64,000 nt of DNA from Blastocystis sp. Blastoise. Lineage: Eukaryota; Protista; Bigyra: Opalinata. Below are positions 1 through 13,385 of this stretch, piece after piece. The stretch is taken from contig JBBPEB010000034.1 in assembly GCA_039096225.1 (NCBI GenBank), forward strand, positions 124,001 through 188,000, written 5' to 3'. The notes beneath the pieces are model-generated. The model was not told the DNA's origin and made no database searches. It saw only the letters and a list, made by a program, of their open reading frames with translations. Made by a program: the position numbers and the translations under genes. The stretch's first letter is position 1. Every line of letters begins with the position of its first letter.

Positions 1-1259
1 ACATCATTCGATAACACCATACCATTCGCTAAAGTTAAGTTAATTAACCGCGGGAATCCTTCACGAGTAGCATCATGCTTACATTTTAAAGGACCGCCTC
101 CAATCTTATTATATACACATTGTCCTATATAATAACGTTCGCGTGGAGCGGTGTCAAGTTGACGCATCAAATCCTTCATCTTCAAGCACGTGTCATCATC
201 CGTTAACATATAATAAGGTGTCGTTGCTTTTGCCGTTATAAATAGATCTTCAGCCATTAGTACTTTCATTGTTACATTCTGATAAGAATCTAATATATTA
301 GGAATAATCAAATCATTATACTCAGCTTGTTCTTTTAATAATGCCATTTTCAACTTCTCTGTATCTTTCATAGATAAAGCTACTACAAAATAAAACTTAT
401 AATTTCGATCAGATGTCGTCCATTGTCGCTGAGATGCAAACGTTTCACGAATTGCTTTTCGTACCCAAACTCCTAATGGCGGGCTTTTAACCATACCTAC
501 CATAAAATAAGGATTAAATAAATTTTCAATTTTATCAATATGGGGAAGAGAGAAGAAAGAGAAATGTTTATTACGAGGAAAAGAGTAATAACCAAGGCTA
601 TGACGACAATATTGTTGCTTCGATTGTATACTTACGTTATATGACATATATTCATATCTCTGATCACTCTTATCAGGTAAAGAATCAAAATATTCTTTTG
701 GTTCATCTATATTAATTTCTTCTAAAAAGTGATTATTTGTAGTATTCAACTTATAATACATCAATGAACCAAATGTATAATCTTTATATCGTTCTGGAAT
801 TTGGCTTGAAAGAGTTTCTTTGCTAGATTCGATAGTATCAATGTCTTTAGCAGTATCTTCCTGAATAGAATCATTCTCTTTTTGATCAGGAACAGTGTTT
901 TGATCTGTAATGGATTGAAGAACTTCTTCTTCGTTTTCTTTTTCAATATTATCATTAGTTTTTCCTATTCTCAGAGACTTCAGAGTCGATTTCTTCACAG
1001 CATTATATGCAGACATAACTTTCTTATTCGCAAAATCTAGAGAATAAAGTGGAATAGCTCCTGGCACTATAATATACAGAATAATTATATATACAACTAT
1101 ATCTTATATACTAATGACAGGTATAGAATGGTGAACTGAGTCAACAGTAACATGAAAACGAGTAACCAAGAGAGATTTCGAGATTATTACATGAGTTGTA
1201 TACATAAAAGTGATGACTGTCAATATAAATAAAAACAGAATTGTACTTCTACTTGCCAT
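1..1259 (-). CDS. GT31-family beta-1,3-galactosyltransferase-like type II membrane protein (multi-exon; 3' end runs off the window start)
   Basis: N-terminal signal anchor MASRSTILFLFILTVITFMY. Spliced exons give VRKAIRETF, DSYQNVTMK and YYMLTDDDTCL (DxD), matching the GT31 R-x-AIR-x-TW, DSY-x-NLT-x-K and KTDDD motifs. Confidence 0.8.
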
Positions 1260-2302
1260 TATTCCTAGATCCATCGAAATATAGAATAAATATTATTATT
1301 GAAAAACTCCATCGAAATTCTTTAAACTAAAGTCTGAAAATTACTGAAAACGCATTAAAAACCATTCATTCCCCTAAATTTTCATTTCATCTTTATTTTT
1401 CTGTATTTTGAGTCACTTCTATGATTATGTATAGGTAAAGTTTATATAAATGATATTTATTAGTAGTGAACGAATTGTTATGTTTGAATTCGTATTCATC
1501 TGGGGAATCGATGAAGTTTTGTATTCAATATAATTTTAATCACATATTAGGAATCATTGACTCTGTTTTTCCTATGCATAGTAGTATTTATTATACTTAT
1601 TTAATAGCCAATAATGATTTTAAAATTAATTATTGCTAATTTTTTTTGACATTTTGTTGTTTATAATCATTGAAATTCATAGTTATTGCTATTATCCTAT
1701 ATTGATGAAAATGAATAATTTGATATACATGTATATAGCTCATGTAGACTAGCTTATTCAAGCAAAATTCAACATAATTTATTTGTACTATTTAGTTAAT
1801 CTATCAAATTATTACATATTGATAATATGTTATTATATCGTTATTCTTATAAGAGTAGATAAAGTTATTATATTTATATTCAAAATAGAAACGAGAAGTT
1901 TAATCAAAAAATGATATATAAGATACGTATATATATCTTTGAAAAATGGATAAAAAAATCTTCTAATATAAGATTAGATTATGATATTTTATAAATAATT
2001 AGTAAACAAACAATATAGTTATAGAAAACATTACTTAAATACATATACAAAAGATATATAGAATAATGAGGAATAAAAAAGAGAAGAAAAAAATCACTTA
2101 AAGAATATCTATACAAAATAATAAAATATTTTTTTTAAATAGGAATAAGAAAATAAAAATGTATTCAAAAACATGAAACGATGTTCATATATAATTATAT
2201 ATAATTATATATAAATAAACGTATACAACTTGATGAAAAGACACAACAAGAAAAGAATAGATATATATATTTAAAAAGAATAATAAATAATTATTAATTT
2301 AT

Positions 2303-4316
2303 TTATAATTCAAATAAATCATCGAAAGCGGATTTTTTAGTTTTATTTACTTTCGTTTTGACAGGTTCAGCCTTGTTGACAGGAGCTGAATTGGTAGGAG
2401 CGGAAGTGAAATCTAAAGTAGATAAATCTGTTTCATCCATAAGGTCCATAGGTTCAGAAGTAGTAGCAGCAGAAGAAGAAGTATTACCAAAGAAATCAAG
2501 ACCTAATAAGTCATCTTCAACCTTCTTAGGCTTCTATAGATATAATGATATTATTATTATTATATATATATATATATAATGATAAATTGATATAGTGATA
2601 TTATTATTATATATATATAGAAAATGATAAATTGATATAATGATATTATTATATATATATAGAAAATGATAAATTGATATAATGATATTATTATTATATA
2701 TATATAGAAAATGATAAATGATACAGTTATATAGATAGATAAACTGATATAGATAAAAATAATAAGATAGATATAAAAAAGAGAGATACTATAAACAATA
2801 TATAATATATATATAAAATTATCTCTATTGAATACAATATGAAATAAAAAATAATAAACATATAAACATAATTAAAAAACGAATCTATTATATATAGATT
2901 AAAATGTATATATACAGTAGTAGTAGGTTTCTTGGAGGGTTTGACTTCAGGTTTAAATTCATCATCATTATTATCATCATCATCATCAAATAAACTGTTA
3001 GCAGCTTTCTTATTCATACGACTGGTAGTATTGGATTTCTTCTTATTGTCGGCTTTACGTGTAGTCCATTCATCATCGTCATCATCCCAAGAAGCGTTCT
3101 TATTGGCTTTTGGTTGGCGGGATTGGCGAACGTCTTCTTCATCATCACTATCAAATAAACTATTATTTGATTTCTTTACAGGTTTCTTTGTAGAAACAGC
3201 TATATCATCATCACTATCAAATAAACTGTCAGCGGCTTTAGAATTCTTAGAAGTGGAAGCTGTTTCATTCTTTAAACGGCGTCCAGTAGAACGAATACTA
3301 GGTCCCTCGTTACTAGAGATAGCGTCATTCTTACGAGAAATAGCCTTCTTAGCAGGCTTTTTCATTGGTTTATCATCATCTGACCAGTCGTCGTCATCTT
3401 TATCGGACCAATCATCGGATACTTTCTTTGTTTTACTATTCTTATAACTCTTATATAAAGAAGTGATTTGTTGAATCATATCATTCAAAGTTAATAAACG
3501 ACTTAAATAATTTTCATTACCGCCAGAAGTAGTTTCTCTTTCAATTAATCGTTGTAAACGTTTTGTATTTCCAATAGTCTCTTCTACAAAGGTCTATATA
3601 GATAGTATATAGATAGTATATATAATAATAATAATAAATATAATAAACATAATAAATATAATATCATATATAATAAAAAAATAATAATAATTATGATTAT
3701 AAACATAATATCTATATACCTTAATCTTTTCATTTTCGAATACATCATTTCCTTCATCCTCCTGCTTGGCTAATACTTTCTTTAATAATCTATAGGTCTC
3801 CTTAGGGTCAAAGGGACTACTAGGTTCAGCATAAGAAGAAGAAGAAGAAGAAGAACCTATTTATATAAAAGTAGAAGAAGATATATATATAAATATACTT
3901 CATTATTATCAATTAATTTAAACAAATAATATAATATTAATAACAATAATATTTTCAATTAAAATAAAATATAATATAATAATAATAACCATTGAAATAG
4001 AACACTACTATACTACTATATTATATATATAAATACTTGATTTATAAGAAGGAGAAGAAGCATAGTTGTTACTATAACTAGATTCGATACGTCTAGGAGG
4101 GTTTACGGGGGGTTCCCACTTCTCTTCCGACGAAGGAGCAGGTGCAAATCGAATGCCATCACGTTGCATATCTTGATATCCTTCAACGATAGTACGACCA
4201 CGACCCGATGACGCATAGGGCATAAAGGCATCCCCCCAACGACGTATCATGGCTTTGCAATCATTGGCTATATGCATATTATCAGCACCACCTGTCTGAC
4301 TACGATCCTATATATA

Positions 4317-4347
<31 letters not shown>

Positions 4348-4987
4348 TATTCTAATATGATTCTTTATAATTTATTATCATTGATATTCATATTAATTTA
4401 TTTCTTATACTTAAAATATTATAATCTTTTTACACATAAAATGATTCAAAAAATATATAAATACAAATAATATATATATATCCATACAACAATCATTTCT
4501 TTGCATCTTCTCATAAATAAAGGAGTACAACTGTTATGAAATTTAGCTCCTGTATTCTTCATAAGAGTATCACAGATTCTAAAAATAAAATATATAGAAT
4601 ATATAAAATAAATTAACTAAAATATTTAAAAAGAAACAAAAAAAAAAGTCTTTTAAAAACCAAGATAATTATCAAATCATACTGCATAGTAGTTCTAACA
4701 CATGAATTAACACTATTACCAATACCTTTAGCTAAGACAAACCATACTTCTTCAAGAATCTCAGGATCATTTGTACTATTGACCATATCAGCAAACTAAT
4801 AAAAGAAAATAGATAGAAACATCAGAGAACACTTAGAAAATACCTTCAAATATTTATCAGAAGAAACAGTTCCATAAGAAGCATTGATAGCATCATTGAT
4901 AGCATTACCAAGTGAAGAAACAGGCTCACGAATGAATGAAGTAATTTTATCAGTTAAACCAGAAAGACCAGAAAATAAAGAAGCCAT
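2303..4987 (-). CDS. TOM1-like VHS-GAT endosomal adaptor with a long acidic tail (multi-exon)
   Basis: VHS-like segments ICDTLMKNTGAKFH and KAMIRRWGDAF...YQDMQRDGIRF. GAT-like LQRLIERETT...YLSRLLTLNDMIQQITSLY. The tail has a clathrin-box-like DLLGLD and ends AFDDLFEL*. Confidence 0.75.
2539..2725. repeat. Intronic tandem repeat, about 45-50 bp unit, about 4 copies
   Basis: Recurring unit gatataatgatattattattatatatatatagaaaatgataaatt inside the last TOM1-like intron. Confidence 0.8.
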
Positions 4988-5814
4988 TTTACTAATTATC
5001 CTTGTATTAATAACAATAATTGTAATATGATCACTTTCTTCAAAAAAAGGAAAAATGATATATATAAATCCATTTCTCAGGAAAAACCACAGTTTCCTCA
5101 GATTTCTTTAGAATATTCACGATTATTATCTTTCGCCTCAATAATACTTTTTTCATGATTTTTTTCTTTTTTTCTTCTTTTTTTCTGGCAACAGGTTTCT
5201 AGAAATTTGTTTTGAATAACATTATTCCTTTCATTTCTTCCATTTCAAACCAAATAACATTTAAATGTCCTTCGATACATTGTATCAAGTTCTCAAGCAT
5301 ATACTACATCTTTTAGAAAGAGTAAATAACATCAATTAAAAATAATTCTAAATTCATCAACATAATCTACTGTTGTTATCTGTTTATTTTATACTATTTT
5401 GTACATACATCATAAATATGCATTACATATTCAATAATTCTTCATAATCTCATTTTTTTACATGTAATTGTATCCATAATTGAGTTAATTCAAATCATAG
5501 CTTTATCAATTTATCTTTTAAAATATTCTATATTCATCTCATGCATTAATACAAATAATTCTATCCTATATAAAACAAAACGCAATAGTATTTAAATTTT
5601 CTTTCAATTAAGAACAGCTAAAAAGTTTCAAAAATAAAAATCCCAAAAAGTATTTAAAAAAAAATAAAATAATTATATGAAACAACAGAGAGAATTATCA
5701 TATTTAAAGTATCTAATAAATAATAAAATAAAAAAAAGAAACTTATAAAAAAGAAATCTTTCTTTAATAAGATAATGTATAAAATGAATTCAGTATATAT
5801 ATAAATAATTTGTT

Positions 5815-7530
5815 TTAATTAGTGGCAGCACTAACAACAGGAGTAGCTTCAGGAGCAGCAACTGGAGCTTCAACAGTAGTTTCTTTCTTTTCTTCAACAG
5901 CAGGACTTTCTTTATTTTCAACGGGAGTTGCTTTAGTAGTAGGAGTTTCAGTAGGAATTTGAGGACGATAGAAACCAATGAAATCGACTTTACATTTCTT
6001 TTGAACAATAAGATAATCAAAGATCCAAGAAACAATGACAATAGAGAGAAGAGAGCAGACCATAGCAAGAGTTCTGAAAGGCATCCAAGAAGGATAAGGA
6101 ATAAAAGCATTAAGACCCATGAAAGCTTCACCACCACCAAGTCTAAGAATAAGAGCAACCCAGAAACCAACGAAAGCACCATAAGTATTACACTTATTAT
6201 AATAAAGAACTAATAATAATTGAGGGAAAAGAATACAATAAATGTAATCTGAAGTCATAACCCAAAGATCATAAACAGATTTAACACTAAGAGCTAAGGC
6301 AACAGCAGCAGCAGCAATAACGAAAACAGCAATTCTAGCAACAATCATAGTTTCTACATCACCAGCTTTCTTATGAATAAGAGGTTTATAGATATTAACA
6401 GAGAAGACAGTAGCAGAAGCAAGCATACTAGAATCAACAGTAGACATAGTAGCAGCAGTTAAACCACCTAAAGCAATATAAGAAACAACTTTAGGGCAAA
6501 GATATTTGATTTCAAATGAAAGAGTATTAGAATAATCAGTTAATTCACCAATAGGAGTTTTAGACCAATCAACAGCAACAGCAATACAACCTAAGATAAC
6601 AGGAGCAATAGAAACAAGAGCAACACCAACAGCAGAAGCATAAGATAAAACCTTAGCATCTTTTACAGTCTTACAAGCTAAAACTCTTTGGAAATATACT
6701 TGCCAAGGAATACCACCAAAGCACATAAGGAAAGCATAGTCTAACCAAATACCCCAATCACCAGGAGCAACACTACCAACCCATTTATAAGCAACATCAC
6801 CAACATTACCAACAGCATCAGAAGACCAAATGAAAGGAATAGCTACCCAAATACAAACAACCATGATAGTTAATTGAATAAGATCGATATAAACAACAGC
6901 ATATAAACCACCAATGAAAGTATAAAGAGCAGCGAAAACAGCAGACACAACTACAGCAATCCAAGTTTCAATATTAAGAAGGAAACCAAGAGCAGAACCT
7001 AAAGTAGCTAAAGTCATACCAAGCCAGAAAAGATCTCCAAGTACAGTAGGAATATATAAGAAAGCAGTCATAATAGGACCATATTTTTCTTGGAAAGGAT
7101 CAAGCATAGTAACATAATTTCTTTCACGCATCTTCTTAACAAAGAGAAGACCACCAAAGAAGAAACAAATAGAATAGCACCAAGTAGCTTGAGTCCAAGC
7201 AAGACCAGAACTAGGATCAGCAATACCTTGAACAGTACCGTACATGTAACCAGCACAAATCCAACAAGCAATCATAGTAACAACACCAACAGCACCAGAA
7301 ATATTACGTCCAGCTAAAACCATTTCTTCAGTAGAACCATCCTTTCTCTTTCTAGCAGCCCAAATGGAAACACCAAGAATAATAATATAGAAAATGATAA
7401 TTGTACCAAGACCCCACCAATCAAGTTCATTAGTAAGAGGAGAAGGAGTAGGAGCAGTAGTAGGAGCAGTAGTTTGACCAAATACTAAAGAGAAAAGGCA
7501 GAATAAAGCCATTAAAGAAGAAGCCTTCAT
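5815..7530 (-). CDS. Sodium:solute symporter, high-affinity choline transporter (SLC5A7/CHT1-like), intronless
   Basis: 571-aa polytopic ORF from the ATG at 7530. Motifs LAGRNI, YVTMLDPFQEKYG, LYTFIGGLYAVVYIDLIQ, FGGIPWQVYFQRVL, AATMSTVDSSML and LFPQL are characteristic of CHT1-type SSS transporters. Confidence 0.92.
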   Translation of the reverse strand: MKASSLMALFCLFSLVFGQTTAPTTAPTPSPLTNELDWWGLGTIIIFYIIILGVSIWAARKRKDGSTEEMVLAGRNISGAVGVVTMIACWICAGYMYGTVQGIADPSSGLAWTQATWCYSICFFFGGLLFVKKMRERNYVTMLDPFQEKYGPIMTAFLYIPTVLGDLFWLGMTLATLGSALGFLLNIETWIAVVVSAVFAALYTFIGGLYAVVYIDLIQLTIMVVCIWVAIPFIWSSDAVGNVGDVAYKWVGSVAPGDWGIWLDYAFLMCFGGIPWQVYFQRVLACKTVKDAKVLSYASAVGVALVSIAPVILGCIAVAVDWSKTPIGELTDYSNTLSFEIKYLCPKVVSYIALGGLTAATMSTVDSSMLASATVFSVNIYKPLIHKKAGDVETMIVARIAVFVIAAAAVALALSVKSVYDLWVMTSDYIYCILFPQLLLVLYYNKCNTYGAFVGFWVALILRLGGGEAFMGLNAFIPYPSWMPFRTLAMVCSLLSIVIVSWIFDYLIVQKKCKVDFIGFYRPQIPTETPTTKATPVENKESPAVEEKKETTVEAPVAAPEATPVVSAATN

Positions 7531-7749
7531 TTTCAATTTCTTTTTAAAAATTCAAAAACAGAAATAAAGGATTCCAATATAATAAAAAATGAATCTATTT
7601 AAAGAAATAAAAAACATAATGCCAAAAAATGATTAGCTTTGATGTCATTGATTTATTGGCTAATTTATTTGATCTAAGTCTGTCAGAACTGGTTCATCCA
7701 CTAATTCACTACCACTTCATTTCATCAATTACAAACAATTCTATAACAA

Positions 7750-7791
7750 TGACGTGGTTTTTTGAAAATCAGCCAATCATTCTCTGCCACA
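7750..7791 (+). promoter_or_regulatory. Candidate bZIP plus NF-Y cis-element cluster (TGACGTGG; CCAAT-N9-CCACA) upstream of the choline transporter
   Basis: TGACGTGG at 7750-7757, CCAAT at 7773-7777 and CCACA at 7787-7791. A second CCAAT lies on the minus strand at 7655-7659. Confidence 0.3.
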
Positions 7792-8013
7792 TTTATCGAA
7801 TTTTTATTCTTTTTTAAGAAACAGGGGTAAATGAGGAAATGAAGATCTTTTTGAATTCCTTTTGATGGATTCAATGTAATGGATTACATTGTAAAACTTG
7901 TGTCATTGTATTGTATTTTATCGAGAAAAGACTTTTAAATAAACAACAAAGCAATTATGAAGTCAAAATAATACTTTTTATTATTTGATAATTCACTAGT
8001 TTTATAGGATTTA

Positions 8014-8574
8014 TTATATATCAGATCCTTTCAGTAACTCATTATACTCACCCGCAGCTTTAGCAAGCTTTTCTTTCTGAATTTGAATCTGTTCTGGAGT
8101 TAAATCGTGTATTTTTCTTTTCTGGGACTTTTTCACTTTCTAAATATATTAATATGTTTAACTAATTTATATAAATACATTAGAATCATTTTCATTTTCA
8201 GATAACTATAGAAATAGAAACCTATATTGATATAGCATAAAATACATCATCAAGAATAGTTGTAAGTGAACCATAATTGTTTTTATCTAATGCTTGTTTG
8301 ATCTCTTCTAATGATAAACTCTTTTTATTTTGATTGTCACATAAATCTTGTGCGTCTTGACTGATATTCTCAATAAACCGTACTGCAAACAATCTTAACT
8401 ATATATAGAAATATGTATATGCGATTTATTTTATATTATTCAAAATACATATTGAAGGATTTCTTTTGATATCGTTGTTTTTGGAGGTAATACCGATTTA
8501 CAAAGGTTCTTAATGCACGCCAATGATATTTCGTCAGAAACTGACGATGTTGTTGCTTCATTCGTGTCACTCAT
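8014..8574 (-). CDS. DR1: Histone-fold protein, NC2beta/Dr1-like (multi-exon)
   Basis: Spliced: SLARIKNLCKSVLPPKTTISKESFN|LRLFAVRFIENISQDAQDLCDNQNKKSLSLEEIKQALDKNNYG. The C-terminal LTPEQIQIQKEKLAKA resembles the Dr1 EELLRQQQELFAKA helix rather than NF-YB. Confidence 0.7.
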
Positions 8575-8913
8575 TTGTTTTTATTTTATAAAACAAAATA
8601 TAAATGATTTAATGAGAATAGTGTAAGTGCTATGTGCAATAGGAGTATTTTCAAATATATATTAACTATTATTAATATAAAACAAAACACGTGAATAATT
8701 ATTTTTATATTATTGTACAAAATATGTAGTTTGAAAATAGAAAATTTTTGATAAAAAGATGAAAAGTACCTTGAGAAATGGTATATGACAGTATCATTCT
8801 TTAAATGATATAAAAGAATAGATAATAAGAAAAATATTATTTTTTTAATGGAAACGTATATATATATATATATTACTTGATTGAGTTTATATATGTTTCA
8901 CTAGTAAATATAT

Positions 8914-10992
8914 TTATGAATGAAGAATAGAATCAACAATATATTGAATATTGAATTCTCTTTGAGTCAATAATTGTTCTCCTACTCTCTATATATAATA
9001 TATAATATATATATAGAATAGTAAATAAAAATGTAATAATATATATATACATGAACAATTTTTCTATAGATTGCTGGTTCTAATAATTTTGGATCATTTT
9101 TAATTGCCAATGCCTATAATATATATATATATGTTAATTTATATATATATATATAGAGAGAGAGAGAATAGTATGATATATCTATTAATATTATATATAT
9201 AATAAAAATAGAATTTAATTAAAAATATACTTGTTTAAGTATGCTATCTAAGTTATTAAATATATATTGAATGCCTCCCAGTTTCATAGTTTCATTACTA
9301 TAAGGATTAAGAAAAGGGTGCATCAATAAACCATTAGGACCGTCGATAGGGCTTCTCTCTTTCGGATTCTTATTCAAACAACTCTTTAACGTGTCTACTA
9401 AACATATATTCAAACTATATATATGTATAGAATATATTGAAAGAATGTTATTTATATGTATGTATATTTATTTAATATGTTTTTATAAATTATTATATAT
9501 ATATATGATAAAAGAATTTTTATTGTTTAATTAGCAATAAAATAATTTATTCAATAATTTATATAATAATGTATTTAATAATTTATTCAATAATTTACTA
9601 ATAATATATAATAATAATATAAAGAGAATAATAATAAAGCATACATTCCATAAGGTAGAGAAGGAATAACTACTTTAAGATCTCTGTTTCGAATAGCTCT
9701 GACGCGTTCAAACATAGGATATCGCTGATAAGGAGTATACCCAAATACCATTTGAAATAAAATACAACCTAAAGACCATACATCCGAAGCTGTACTTACC
9801 TTTATAGATATACATATATATATACATATACATAAACATATATATATACAAACATAAATAAACATTAAATAACAAATAAAAACAATAATCTAATAGAATA
9901 GTATACTAACATAATATACTTAGCAACATTATAAATAAAACATAAAATAATAATAACAATAGATATAGCATTATCAACATGATTATATATTAAAATACCT
10001 TAATATGTTTTGATCCATCTTCCTTACTAATATCAATCAAAGCTTCTGGAGATATATAATTCACTGTTCCTACCTTATTTTCTCGTATAACACTTGTCTG
10101 ATCTTCATTATAACTTCGAGCTATACCAAAATCAATTAATTTTAATTCACCCTTGACAAATAAGAAATTCGCTGGTTTTAAATCGCTATGAACAATTCGA
10201 TTTCTATGAACAGCGTTCACTGCCGTTAACATCTGTTGCCAAGCTAATCGAATGAAGTTAAAGTCTAAAGAAGAAGTATCTATAGTAGTATGTTCATCAT
10301 CAGTAGATATCTCTTCTTTTGTCTTACGAGACTGCAAATAATGATCCAAATCGATCTCTCCATGCTCCATTACCTATATATATATATAGATATATATTAT
10401 TATATGCTTATATATAGATATATTATTATATGTTTATATATAGATATTATTATATGCTTATATATAGATATTATTATGTTTTTATATATAAAGAGTTAGC
10501 GAAATAGAATTCTATATGATTATATATATATAAATAAAGATAGAGAAAGTACGAATAATAATCATCATCATAATCATAATCATAATCATAATAAATATAA
10601 TCATAATAATATATATACAATTTTAATAAGATTATGATTTTCATCAATTTCAGAGTCATACATAGTAATTATCCCTTTTTCTCCCTGTAACTTCCGCAAT
10701 AACTCCACTTCACTAATAAACTCAGTTTTCTGTATTTCAGAAACATGCGAAATATCTACTGATTTCAAGGCCAATATCTATTCATATATATAATAAAGAT
10801 ATATATATATATATTATTGATTCTATTTTCTTTAAAAACAATTTTTATAGTGTTCTAATTGTAAATATATAAATCATATAATAATTATATATATATATAT
10901 ATATACTTCATTTTTAATATCAATAACAGTATATACATTACTACTTCCCCCTTTCCCAATGTGTTTAAGAACACGATACGGATATTGATTAA

Positions 10993-11073
<81 letters not shown>

Positions 11074-13385
11074 TAAAAGAAAAAAAACTAAATAAACATA
11101 TCAATCGATTATTATTTTATATATATTATATATTATATATACATATATAATATCCATTGTTGGAAAAGAAAAAGCAGACAATGACGTAGTAGATGACGTA
11201 GATGGGATACGAACTGTCTTCGTGATCTCATTGGTCTCCGGTGATGATACACTGGGTGTCACCATAGACGGAGCAGGTGTTATTACAGCATTGGAAATGA
11301 CAGGAGAAGAAGAAGAAGAAGAAGAAGATTGTTTATTTCTATTTCCCTCCATAAGTTGTGGTGGGGGGACTTGATATGACGACGATATACGACGATCTCG
11401 TGATGATATGACAGAGGGTGCGTCACTTGGGACAGTAGAGTGAATGTTATTTGATGAAGAAAGAATAGGAACATTATTATTATTATTATTAAGGTTATCA
11501 TTAAGATTATTACTATTACTATTAACCAAATTATTATTATTACTATTAACCAAATTATTACTATTATTCATCAAATTATTATTATTAACCAAATTATTAT
11601 TATTATTATTCACCAAATTATTATTACTATTAACCAAATTATTATTATTACTATTAACCAAATTATTATTATTATTAACATTATTAACATTAGAATCACT
11701 CAATGATCTCAACCCACTTGAAGTATTCTTAAGAATATTCGATAACTGCAGGTCTTCAACATCCTGTTCTTTCGAATATTCGCCAGTAACATCCGTGCTA
11801 TTTCTCTTAAATTCATTGGGTATATTGATATTTGGATCCGATACGAATTCTGATTGGATGAACGAGATATTATCATCATAATCCAGGTCTATATCAAGAG
11901 ATCCTTCTACAGGTTGTTTTATTGATTGAGGAATAGAAGAAGAAGGAAGAGATTGAACAGAGAAAGCAGGTGTATTATTTATATTTGATATTGAAGAAAT
12001 AGTATTGTTATATATACTCATATTATTAACAGAATCATTCACTGTAGAATTTGAAGAACCATGAATATCTTTAAAGTTGCTTATAGAGATTAATGACGAT
12101 AAAGGAGGTGTCTGAAATGGACTGGAATCAGCTGAATCTGAAGGCTTATCACTTGATCTATTTATATGTATCATAGAATCAATTTGTAAAGTTTGTTTTT
12201 TCTTCTTTTCTTCTTCAATTATTCTTTTCTTCTCTTCTTCTTTCTCTCTCTCTTTCTCTTCTTCTTTATTACTATATATACTATTCTCTTTTATGTCCTG
12301 CTGATTATCTATATTCTTTAATATATCTTGAGATGGTAAAGAAGATGAATAAGGCATATCATGTGATTGAATAGTAGTATTAATAATAGAATTTGAAGTA
12401 TTAGAAACTAAATTAGAGATATTCATGGCTTTATAAGGAGATATACCATCTATACTTTTCTTCTTCATTAAATACGGTGATATTTTTGGAATAAACGAGG
12501 ATTCCAGAGAAGTATGTATGTCTTTCTTATAGTCCTTAATTTGTGACTGATTTTGAAACTGATTTTGTGACTGATTTTGTGACTGATTTTGTGATTGATT
12601 TTGTGATTGATTTTGAAATTGATTTTGTGATTGATTTTGTGATTGATTTTGTGACTGATTTTGAGAAATGTCTTCTATTATAGAAAAATTATTTGAATTA
12701 ATTTGTAAAGAAGATGGTTTGATAGTAGAGATATTTAAATTTATTTCTTGATTTCTTTCCATATAAGGTCCAGGTGTTTTCACATGTTTCATTCGTTTTG
12801 GAAAAGAGGGTGTAAATGTCAATGGAGGAGGAATACTACGTTTCGTATTTATCTCTTTAGGAAACGATTTATTCAATTTATTTTCTTTATTTTCATCTTC
12901 ATTCTTGCTCTTTTCTTCAATTTCTTGAATAGTATCAAGTTCTGGAGTATGAGTCAATGTAGATAATCCATAACTAAGTCGAGGTGACGAAAGCAATCCT
13001 CTTTTATGTGATATTGATGTACGTGTACTCAGATTTGGAGTTTTGAATTCCTTTCGTATAGGTAAAATGATAGGTTGAGGAGGAATTTGGCCATTTGCAT
13101 CAGTTACTCGTCTTGCTCCACCTCCTGAATGTATTTAGTATATAAATAGAAACAACAATAAATCAAATAAATACCTAATAATATTCTTCCAAAGGATCGA
13201 CCTGGAGTTGGCGTTTCTGATTGAGAATCCATTGACTTTAATAGATCTTGAATGGTCTACAGTTACTAAAATATTCGTTTATATATATGGAAATTAATCA
13301 AGAATACAAATACATGTAAAATGAATATAAATATAAAAAAAAGAAATTCTCACAATTCTATTGTTTTTCATACCGAGAAACACAT
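8914..13385 (-). CDS. MPS1: Mps1/TTK spindle-checkpoint kinase with a long N/Q/S-rich N-terminus (multi-exon; start uncertain)
   Basis: IGKGGSSNVY, MEHGEIDL, WQQMLTAVNAVH, HSDLKPANFLFVKGELKLIDFGIA, VGTVNYISPEAL and SDVWSLGCILFQMVFG are TTK-family signatures. N-terminal LGGGARRV. Confidence 0.92.

Noticed and set aside
2932-3447. Antisense ORFs over TOM1-like, the transporter (5959, 7090), Mps1 (11444) and RPS29 (19121)
   Set aside because: They are shadows of real genes on the other strand and have no independent motifs.
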